From Macrostomum lignano (lineage: Eukaryota): a DNA stretch of 64,000 nucleotides. Position numbers and translations under genes: made by a program. The DNA lies in assembly GCA_002269645.1 (NCBI GenBank), contig NIVC01001150.1, positions 1 to 64,000 on the forward strand, given 5' to 3'. Under the pieces are notes generated by a model. It was given only the letters and a program-made list of their open reading frames with translations. It was not told where the DNA came from and did not search any database. Below, one piece after another: positions 1 through 11,007 of this stretch (position 1 is its first letter; each line of letters begins with the position of its first letter).

Positions 1-3000
1 CGCCCAAGCGTCGAGATCATTAACTTCAAGTTTGTCCCGTCTCGCCCAGACCGGCCGATGGTATTGGAGAACGCACAGCCTAGTGTGGTTGCATATGCCA
101 AGGTTCGCGACAGCGACCTGGGGATAACGGCCGTGTCGACTGCCGACTTGGAGTCGGGGCCGACAGGTTTGTCATGAGCAGCACCTCAGATGGAAGGTTG
201 TACCAGATTAACACCACGCGGAGATACGACGAGAGGCCGTGGCCAGCGACCTTTTTGTGATCGTATGCTCGGATCGCGGAACCCCGCCAATGGCCTCAAA
301 TCTCACGGTCATTGTAGAGATCGGAGACCAGAACGAATATTCTCCCGCGTTTAACACCACGGTGTTCTATAGTGAAGTCCGTGAAGGAGAGCCGGACGGT
401 ACGCCCGTAACGCAAGTTGCCGCCTACGATGGCGATGCTACTGCGAATCTGGTCTACTCCTTCAGTGATGAGAGCCAGACCCGAGGTCGGTTCAAAATCA
501 ACGAGCGAACCGGCCTTATCAGCACGCTGCGTACTCTTGACCGCGAAGCCGCTGGCGAGTTTCCATCAGGCTCTGCTGCTTATTCATTCTCCGTGCAAGT
601 CACAGACGGTCAGCTTTCCGCCACAGCTCAGGTGGAAGTTCGCGTGCTGGACGTCAATGACAACAGCCCCACTGTGAAGGCGCCACTGCTGCTCGAAATT
701 AACGAAACTTTTGGTGACTTCCGCAAAAACAACGAATTGGTCGGTCAGCTAGCTTACGAGGACCTTGACGATCCAAAAACTTCTAATGCAATGGCAGAAT
801 TCCGCCTTGTTGAAGTCCTCTCGCAACGGCGGTTGAACGCCACCTACCGGGTTGACTCAGAGGGTCGCGTCTGGGTCACTGGTTATCTGGACCGGGAGCG
901 GGCGGAACGGCACCTGCTGCTCATTAGCGTCACAGACTTCGGCAACCCCCCGAGGTCTTCGTCTGCCACCGTAACCGTCAGCCTGCTAGACCTCAACGAC
1001 AACCCACCAGTTGTTCGAAAACCGGCACCAAATGAGGTAGGAATGGAGAATGCATTAACACAAGCATCGTTGTATAGAAGATAGTATCGTTTATAGAGCA
1101 ATTTGACTGTAGCTGAAGTTTTTGAATCTTAACTTAATATTAAAAGGAATAAAATCGCTATAACCCTACCCCACACCCACAAAGGTTATTAACATCACGA
1201 GTGACCACACACCGGGAGTTCTCGTGCTGCAGATCGAAGCAGAGGACGCCGATCATTGCGGTTTTCCCCAACCGTTATCGGCTCGTGACTGCGTGTTGGC
1301 GGGCGGCTTCCGCATGCACCTGCAGCAGGCTGGCCCTCGGGAGTTCCAGCTGGACGAAGTAACAGGCTCGCTGCGGGTGCTGAGCAGCCTGTCACCGGGG
1401 CTGCACCAGCTGAAGGTCACTGTGACGGACTCCGGCCTACCCAGACCGCTATCCGATTCCGTCAGCTTTTCCGTGTTCGTTGAGCGCCGCTCTGATGGTT
1501 CTATTTTTGCGCCTGTTTGGGCCCTTCATCAAACTGGACTGTGCTCCTGGTTATCGTTGGCGCCTCCAGCTTCATCACGGTTATCCTTGTGGTGGCCATC
1601 GTGATGCTGACTCGGCGCCAGCCCTGCGTGGTGGTGGCGGCGCAGGAGGCAGGCGAGGCTACGAAGGATCTAAAGAGCATCGGCAGCACCAGGCTGCGGG
1701 TGGCGGTCATCCTGGAGATGCAGCTGAGTCTATCTACGGCGGACAGCCAACGATGGACGGGGCGGCCCGTTGACCACATTTGGACCGACAGGGGATAGTG
1801 GGCAGCTGGAGATGTCGAGACGGGAGGTGAGTTGATAAAACTTACTTGTAGCTGGTTGCGTAATCGCTGCTGTCAAAACAGTGGAGCGTTTCCTTTCTAT
1901 TGTTGCGCGCGAATGTGATAATGCTTTTGCTTGCCTCACCAAGCAAGCTGAATGCTGCTGGCTTTGTTTCCAGTATCCAGAAATAAATTATTCAGCAGCT
2001 CCTTGCTAACTTCAATACTCAGCCTGTCATCTCTGTGGCCCATATTGCCATGCGATTAATCAGCTGTGCCGCCTGACGATCGCGCAGCCCCGCCTGCTTC
2101 AGCAGCGCAAACAATTGACTGGGAATCCAGAGAAATGGGAAAAGCAATCCAGAAAGCAGTTGAAGAAGACTTAACCGGCTGAAATTGAGACTGAGGCTGA
2201 GCACGCCTCACTGCTTCATCACCGATCCGCCACTCTGCTCAGGTGTCCCCCAAGCATGAGTGGCTGGGGACAGCGGGCGAAGAGAATTCGGGGTCAAATT
2301 AATTCCAACCCCAAGCAGCCTCCTTCCACTTCTCCTTCGCTTGCCCTGATCCACCCACCGCCTCATCCGCTCCTTGAATCGTCCGTGAGCAGCTCAAGGA
2401 AGAAGGGCTACCTATAATTTAATCCTGTCAGGACCGGGGCTCTGATTGATGAGTAAGTCCGGCTTCTCTCTGCTCTTCACTTCCGACTCTGCTGCAAACT
2501 GGAACTGCAGTCCACTGCAAACACGGGCTGGGAGAGTTTGAGAAGCTCGTTTCTGTCCATCCTTGTTGCCACCCTGCTAACAAGGCTTTGGAATTCGTGC
2601 TCGGTACGCGAGCGGGAGCAATGAGGCGCGCTCGAATTATCGCATTCGCCTTCGTATTATAGCTGTGACCGGCTTTCCTCGCAGAACAGCTATCTCTTGC
2701 GAGACTTGCACAAATTACATTGAAGATCTGCAGTTGAGTGATGGCATTCAATCCATTCTATCCATCTGAAGTTGACTGATTCAGCGGCGGTTAGACTATT
2801 CAGTAACTCAGTAACAAGATTCTGCCGTGTTTGGCGACTTTGCTCACGCCTGCACCGGCGCACACAGTTCTAAAGCAGCTGATGTATTTAGTATTCTTTC
2901 AAACTGAGACTTGCATATACAGCTTTCTGAAGTGATTTCCAGCTCACTATACAACTCCACAATAGAAGTTTGTGTGAGAAGGACTTTCAGCCGTAGAGGC

Positions 3001-6000
3001 CCGCGCAGTTTTTCACTGCAGCTTCACATAATGAGCGGCAATGGCGGCACTGCAGGTGTCCAAGGAACATACAGCTCCGGCCTTGGCTGAAATTGGGGTC
3101 TCACTCCGCATCCTAGAAATCCCCACCTGCCTGCCGAAATCGGGGTCAGGCAGGAAACGCCCGTTGCGATTTTGCGCAGTTGCCTTAACTCTGCAATGCG
3201 AGTGCGGAAAGTCGTCACCCGGAGCGCGGGGACCCGTAGAAAAATCGTTACAGGCGGGCTGCGTATCGATTGCGATTTACGGGCCGCCCACCACCTTTCA
3301 CCGCCAGCCACTTTGCGCAGATTCTTGTTGATTAGCGGCGAGCCCATGAGCAGCGGATCACGTGACTGCTTGAGTGGGCCATTCGTTGCCTTCAGTATCT
3401 GCAGCCACCTGATCAGGCGCAAAGCTCAGATAACCCAGGTGAAGAAACGTCCCCAGAAGCGGTGAATGCCCGGCCTCCTTAAAGACAAATGAGAAAAACT
3501 GCAGGGGAGGTTTGTAAGAATGCCTGTCACAATGCAGAAGCAGTTGAAAGTACTTTATTCCCCCTTATTGCTTCGTATTTGCTTTACAACATTCGCAGTG
3601 AAAAGTTAGAAGGGAAAAGTTTTAAACTCTTTTTCAGTTGCTGAAAGTTTCTGGAAGTCTATGAGGCAAACCTGGCTCTGGAGGTGCAGGCAATCTCCTT
3701 TGCCTGTGATAGGACAAGGACAAGGACAGATTTCTATGCCAGATGCCTTTCAGAACCTCTGTCTCCAGGCTATCAGGCAGCCTCCACGGCTTTCATTATT
3801 AGGGAATCAACGGAGACGCTAAAGATTTCACAGAAGCTGCGAGAATCGCGGAGACTGGCGCTGAGAAACTCCCCGCTGTCTTGCATTTCCTTGCTGCCGG
3901 GGCATTAAAAGCTCTGCCTGCTGCGGCTGCAGCGGATCCGCTGAGACTCGCATCGCTTCTCTAATTGTGCCTCAAGAGTGCGGCATCTGCCCCGAAGGGG
4001 TATCCGACTTTCACCCGCTAATTGGCGTGCGCGTTTTGAAAAATTCAGCAGTGGAAAATTCTCATCCTGGCAAGCTTCTGCTGCCACTTTCCCATTGTCT
4101 CAGTATCCTGGATGTAGCTGCTTCAGGCCAGGTGATGTGCGGGACCGCAGGCAATGAGGGATGCGTTTCAAATCTCACGATGCAGGCGCGCTTGATTCCC
4201 ACGCAAAACCGCAGCCTTCAGGCGAGGAAGGTTGGGTGAGGTTCAGGTGAGTTCCACTGGTCCAGACAACAGAGTATAAATATCAGCAGGATGGGCCCCT
4301 CAGCATGAATGAATGAACTGACATGAGCCTGCCTATGGTGCTACTCTTAACTTTAACTTTACAGAAAAAATGCCTGAAACGCCAAAGTATGCTTTTGACT
4401 TTGAATATAGCTTTTCAAACATCAAACTTAGTCTTATGCCATTTCATTAGTAAAAAATATCCACATAATTTCCGAAATGTCATCCCAGTCTTCCTGGAAG
4501 CAGCGGATTAGTCTCGAGCAATCCAGGATCAATATTCGTATGTTTGACATGGCTAAGTGATGATGCCAGATTGGATGCTGGAGTGGCCCACTTTGTTGAT
4601 ATCTAAAATTTTTTATTCCCACTGAGCTCAAACCTCAGTTATCTGCTGAAATCCATCTGCTGCTTTCATGCTCAGAGTCCTGCGATTTCATCGGGTAGTC
4701 GCTTCCTTGCTGCTCTATCGACTGAGAAGTTTGTTTATGTCAGTTTCAATTGCAACAGCGTACTGGACTTGACAAAACATTGGTGGACCGATCCACTGAC
4801 TAGATTTACTTTTATTGTCCATAAATATTGTTTCATTTTTATTGGACTGAGTTCCTTGCTTGTACCCGTGTCCCCTGTGCCTGCTATCAGTAAGCTGTAT
4901 TTAGTGAAAAAGACTTACTGAAATATTTTGCCATTTTGCTACGAGCGTAAGTCCTCATCATGGATTGTTCGCGAACTCATCAGCAGAGCGGAGCCGGGTT
5001 CGGTGGCGGCAACGGCGGTGGCGGCAGCTACTCTCTGCACCTCGGATCCCACAACCCCTGCCTGTATCCGCCCGGAGACTACGATGTGGCCTCGGCCGAC
5101 TCGGGACACGGCGCCAGTGAAGAGGAGATGATTCACGGCGAGCACCGGTGTAAGTCATTCCAGTCAGAGAGCGGCATTGTAGGTTAGAAGAGCGCATCAG
5201 TGCTGCTAAGAAAGGTGCAAAACACTCGGGTGCTTTGTACAGGGGTGCAAATACACGGGTGCTTTGTACAGGGGTGCGAAACACTCGGGTGCTTTGTACA
5301 GGGGTGCAAAACACTCAGGTGCTTTGTACAGGGGTGCAAAACACTCGGGTGCTTTGTTCAGGGGTGCAAAACACTCGGGTGCTTTGTTCAGGGGTGCAAA
5401 TACACGGGTGCTTTGTACAGGGGTGCAAAACACTCGGGTGCTTTGTTCAGGGGTGCAACATACACGGATGCTTTGTACAGGGGTGCAACATACACGGATG
5501 CTTTGTACAGGGGTGCAACATACACGGGTGCTTTGTACAGTGGTGGAACATACACGGATGCTTTGTACAGTGGTGGAACATACACGGATGCTTTGTACAG
5601 GGGTGCAACATACACGGATGCTTTGTACAGGGGTGCAACATACACGGGTGCTTTGTACAGTGGTGGAACATACACGGATGCTTTGTACAGGGGTGCAACA
5701 TACACGGGTGCTTTGTACAGTGGTGGAACATACACGGATGCTTTGTACAGGGGTGCAACATACACGGGTGCTTTGTACAGTGGTGGAACATACACGGATG
5801 CTTTGTACAGGGGTGCAACATACACGGGTGCTTTGTACAATGGTGGAACATACACGGATGCTTTGTACAGTGGTGCAAATACACGGGTGCTTTGTACAAT
5901 GGTGGAACATACACGGATGCTTTGTACAGTGGTGCAAATACACGGGTGCTTTGTACAATGGTGGAACATACACGGGTGCTTTGTACAGTGGTGGAACATA

Positions 6001-6954
6001 CACGGATGCTTTGTACAGGGGTGCAACATACACGGGTGCTTTGTACAGGGTTGCAAATACACCGGTGCTTTGTATTGGGAGAAAAATATTCACAAAACCA
6101 AACCAAAATAAAGTGCTTGTGGGTGAGTTTAGTAATGCTGTGCAGCCAAGAAAAATTATTGTCTTAAAATAGTAAATCTTGAGTGATAGCCTCGCATTTT
6201 GACCTTGCTCTTAACCTGCATCGTTTTGCGCTTTTGCCTCCTCGCTTTAGCTCTACTGCAGTTCTGCATCACATCATCGACTGTGTTTGAGTACGTTTTT
6301 AAGTACACTTCTCTTCCTTAAGAGAGCTCTCATACCAGCCTGCAGACATGACATGCAATACTTTTTGCCATAATGAGTAGCAGATGGCCCACGTGTTTCA
6401 TTCACTTTCAGTGCTCCTCACCCAGGGACAGATCAGGCAAAACCACAAAAATTTCTTATGACATCTACGAGTACAAATATAAGCACACATCATCAACAGA
6501 TTCGCTCTCACGTATTCTACAGCAGGGCTCTCTAGGGCACATAAAGGACCCGAATTTTTTTTTACTCAAGAGACTTGGTGATTGGGGCTGCATGATCCGT
6601 CCTAGCTCGGCACCTCGCCACAGGTCGAATCTCCGTCTCGCTTTTTCAGTCGCGGCCGCCTCCGACCACCATGTGCGATACACCAGCCTGCCGTTTTCTG
6701 CGGCCTCCTCGTCCGTCGCTGCCTCGGCCGGCCTGCGGTCTCGCTCTCCGCTCTGCAGTTGCATTCTGGAGGAGGAGCTCCACCCGCACTGCCAGGAACG
6801 GCTTCCCCTCACGCACTGTCCGGGCGGCAGGCAGCCACTGACGCTACTGGGGGAGCCGCAGTTCTCCGCAGTGTCGTTGCAGTCGCCGCAGGGATACGGC
6901 CGATCCCTGGCCCGGCCACCGTCTACCTACGGGGCCAAGTCCGCCGCAGTTTGA
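1..6954 (+). CDS. Protocadherin (delta-like), 3' part: last ectodomain cadherin repeats, TM and cytoplasmic tail; 5' end outside the window; four 1-nt frameshifts (assembly error or pseudogene)
   Basis: Cadherin motifs LDRE, DxNDN, AxDxGxPP in ORF 239-1084 (DQNEYSP, DVNDNSP, LDRERAE, DLNDNPP); TM WTVLLVIVGASSFITVILVVAIVML at ~1535-1610; DSGHGASEEE (CM1-like) at ~5098-5127. Exons with consistent phases: <1-1036, 1185-1826, 3396-3438, 4952-5149, 6650-6954. Frameshifts near 122, 231, ~1504-1520 and ~1791. Confidence 0.88.
5216..6075. repeat. 30-bp minisatellite (~28 copies) in a protocadherin intron
   Basis: Unit tacacggatgctttgtacaggggtgcaaca and variants; 60-bp dimer higher-order repeat at ~5641-5820. 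Confidence 0.97.
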
Positions 6955-8232
6955 CCAACTGGCTCGTATGATTGCCTGTTTGAGCTGATCCTTTCTGAGC
7001 AATCTAGCTGAACATATCCTCCAGCTTTCTGACCTCCCAGATGTACCTATCCCCACTGATTCAGTACACATTTCAAATTAAAGTAAAGTATTGCTGCTGC
7101 GCTAGGCGATTTCGCTCTGTCCAACTGTCACCCAGGCAACTGTTCGCACTGCTTAAGCCTTTGTCTGCTTTGTGCGCCCAGCAATTTATTCTCATCATTT
7201 CTATTAGCGAAAAGGACTCGAAAGTGTGGCTTACGTTGGTTGATCCAACAGCAGATTTGTTCAGATTCTACCCACCTAAAATCTGTAATAGATTTTTTTC
7301 AAATCTGTTCAACTTTATGAATGTAAAGCTATTCCATTTTGCGCGAACATGTAAGCTGTGTTATCGCACCCTATCCATATTTAAACTTATCCATACCAAT
7401 TAATAAATTTAAATAAAATCAATTTAGTACTTATGCTTCACCCTTGCTGCTATTGTTACATGGGAACCGGATGTCAAATCGGCTGGTACTCCAATCAAAT
7501 TCTCTCAATGAGAGCTAAGCAGAATCAGTTCAATGAGCGGGCTGATATTTTATCCGCTTTGTAGTCTCCCGCTGCTGTTTTCGGCAAACTAATGTAGTGA
7601 TAAATCTCTACATGCAAATTTTAACTAAGATAAATTCCCTAAGTGACCAAAGACCAACGCAGTTACTGCAGGAGCGATCATCGGAGCGAGGATTATTTTT
7701 TGAACTGGCTTGTTAAGGTCAAAATGTGTTTATCAAATATATATAGGGTACCTGTAAATTCCTCGAAAGAAAGCTAATCGGCAGATATCTTAATTGTTAA
7801 TTATCTAGCTCGTAAAAGCTCTTATCTTTATATCTCATGAAGGCTTTGATTGCGGCTGACTCATCAGTCTCAGCTGTACTCGTATGCCACTTTATGTTCA
7901 ATATCTAGAACCCGTACAATATCAGCATTGGCTATACTCAATCTAGTCGAATTGATCAACTGCGACTTTTGTGCAGTAGTACATGCCATTTACAACCAGT
8001 GTAAAGTTTCTTTCACAGCAGCAGTGTCTCAAATTTTTATGTAAAGCTTTTAGAGACAAAGATTCTTCAAGTGCCACCTCATCTTTTATTGGTGCAATAA
8101 GTAAAACGGCCCAAGGTCCACTCAGGGGCAAGTAAAACACGGGACGGGAAGCGTCATGTAGTCACTGGGTCCACTAGAAGTTACCATAGTATCGCTGTTA
8201 CAATTCAGAGGGTCTTTGAAGAGAACTTGCCG

Positions 8233-8271
<39 letters not shown>
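8233..8271. repeat. (AAC)13 microsatellite
   Basis: Direct reading. Confidence 0.97.
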
Positions 8272-8273
<2 letters not shown>

Positions 8274-8569
8274 AAACACTCGTTCTCGTGTTATGCGAAC
8301 CTGGAGCCTCGGCTCCAGCTCCTACCCAGCGCCGCGTCTTCGTCGCGGAGGGGAGGCGTCCGTCCTGGACGTCGAAGAGCGCCGGAATCTCGGACACCAA
8401 GTGCACAAGAGCAAGGTGATCTCCGCCCAGTGGTTTCGACCTGGCCGTTGGTCACTTGTTGTCGCGACTCCTCGGTGACCTCAACCGGGTCCCGGCCTAA
8501 GGTTGTCACTCTCCGCAGCCAACAACAACAAGAACAACAGCAAAAACAAAAAAAACTCATTTGAGTTTT

Positions 8570-8730
8570 TAAGTGAGCAGCGTTACAGGGCCGGCCTCCG
8601 GGGCGCCGCGGTGTCAGCGAGCAGACAGTCGATGAAACGCCGAGTGCGTGCCTATCCTCGCGCCGGTAGGGTGCCTGCAGTGTCAGCAGCAGCACATCCT
8701 GCACTGACTGTTGGAATGCAGTGTACAACT
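8570..8730 (-). mobile_element. 3' terminal fragment of an RTE-like non-LTR retrotransposon
   Basis: Minus-strand QQSVQDVLLLTLQAPYRR; homologous to 60855-61040 (shared gccggtagggtgcctgc and gcagcgt(t/c)acagg); adjacent degenerate (TTG)n-like tract at ~8520-8556. Confidence 0.6.
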
Positions 8731-9299
8731 CTCGACTGACTTAGCTTATAGAAATGTTTAAAAGCGTTAAATATATAAACGAATAGCTAAAGCAGGAAGT
8801 AAACTTGTACATTTTTAAGGGGCGCACATTCAAAATTTTGAAGGGCGACCGCCCGTGCTCTCTAAATCCGCCCTTGCACTATTCCTTGCCAGCGAAATTC
8901 TTAACTATTCCGGATCACATTACAATTACTCGTAGCTATTAAACAAAATATTTTTTCATTCCAAGATTCCGCACATTGTAGTAAAAGATATACTAAATAA
9001 GTAAACCTATTTCAATAATACCTACACTAAAAGTTAAATAATATCATGCACTAAATTCAATATGGCATCCAATTTCAATCATTACAGAAAATCAACACGT
9101 GTTTAAAGTCAAACATTTTTCTCGTATTTAATGCGGCCGGCTATTGTCTTTGACTAGTATATTATTTCAGAAAATTAAAATTAAAATGCCAGGATTATGA
9201 TTATTTTAATTTTGATGGCAGGTTTGACCATCAGTTTTTAGTTAATTCAATACCACCTGAGCAAAATGTTTGCTCGCTTTAAAATTTTATAGATACACA

Positions 9300-10760
9300 A
9301 GTCATAGCACTACCTGTCTTACTATTTATCAGACCCATAGACAAATTAAAAAATATATCATACAAGGGGATATATTATTGATACTTGCTCAGTTCAAGAA
9401 AATTGAACTGCTCAGTTCAATTCAAGTTCAATTCAAGAAAATTGAACTGCTCAGTCAAAACAATTTGCTTTCTCTTTTGTTTCTGTGTATATTATAAAGA
9501 TGTCAGAAACCCAATTGCACAAAAAAAATTATAAAAGACTAAGTATTTTGACAATTTCTAGATAATAAAAATTCAAGTCTTGTTTTGTACTAGGTTTTTT
9601 TTCTTGTTAGCTTGAAAACTTATTGGTTTGTGAAAATCATTGTATTATTGTAAGCATAAACCCAATAATGCATTTCCTAATTCTAGTTCAATTTTGCTCT
9701 TTCTCTTCTTGAATATAGTGAATAAAATCTATTAGCATGCCTGATAGGCCCTACTGCTTCTTCTCAGTAATGTATTGTTTTTTCGACATCACTATTAGAC
9801 CCCACTATAAATTTTCGACTTCACTGTAAATTTGAACTTCTTGAACTTAGATATATAAAATTGGCCCCATGAAGACTCTACTTTACCCTAAACCCCCAAT
9901 GCCAAATGCCTTAATAGTTGATCATTAACCTTAATGACTACTACTAGGTAGTCCTCAAGGGTCTGAATTACATCTAAACTTCAGTAGGGCTCCATGAAGA
10001 TTGAATATTAGGTATATAAAATAAATCCCCATAAAAATCTTTTTATCTTTAAACTTCATATGTCGCAGTAGTTAGTTTCATGCTACATGAATTTGGGTTC
10101 AATCTACATAGAAATGAGGCTTAAATTTGAAATCATCATCAAAAACACCCTCAAGTCAATACAAATTGCATTATTATTGAAACTAGAACTGCTTTATATG
10201 CCTAAAATTCAAAAGGTCCTCAAATTACTATTTCTATGATTATTTTTAATACTAAAAGCTATTTGCTCATAGTGCTACAAAGTTACTCATTTTCTAAAGT
10301 AATTATTAAAAAAATTTGCTACTGATTAATGTATTAAAATTTTATACATCAAAAAATGCTTTATGTATGTTTGTTTTTAAATCATTTATATAATATAAAA
10401 GTATTTCAATAAACATTTGAGTTTATACTAGTGGCAAACAAGATAATACACACTCTAGAAAACATAGAAATTTTGTATTGACAATTAAATTTTTTATTTC
10501 TACACTGACTTAAAAAAGTTCCTTTGTTGTTAATATCTAATCAAAATTAGTTTTGGGCAAAAGGAAGGGCTTTCAAGATAATTTTCACCATCTTAACAAC
10601 ACAACTTTACTTTAGTATATGCATTCTGAACAAAATACAAAAATTTTCTAGTTTTCTATGGTGAAAAATGGTGAAAATATGGTGAGAGATGGTGAAAAAC
10701 AGCAAATCTAATTTGGAGCATACTGCTTAATTTTTTTTATTTGACTACCCCTTCTTTCAC
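9300..10760. other. AT-rich, CpG-depleted island
   Basis: Manual count: 3 CpG in ~1460 bp; flanking DNA has abundant CpG. Confidence 0.85.
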
Positions 10761-11007
10761 TCGTGTATTTTTTCATGAGTTCTTTATCATTTACCATTCT
10801 TTATCATTCCCACTTAATGTCTAGATGATTGCGTGATTGCTGATTGCTTCGTGAGCTTAAGCAGTTTACACTCGTATTGTGAGTGTTTAGCCACTTCAAT
10901 GTGATTGAATCATTGCAATCAAATTTTAACCAAGATAAGTGACCAAAGCGATGCAATGGATTGATGCGTTGAATCAAATCAATTTATCAAGTTTAAGCTT
11001 GCAATAG

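Noticed and set aside
5200-6172. Six overlapping 220-310-aa ORFs
   Set aside because: All are translations of the 30-bp minisatellite.
8290-8480. MADF/Myb-like domain
   Set aside because: Needs several frameshifts and the similarity is weak; a retroelement 3' remnant fits the context at least as well.
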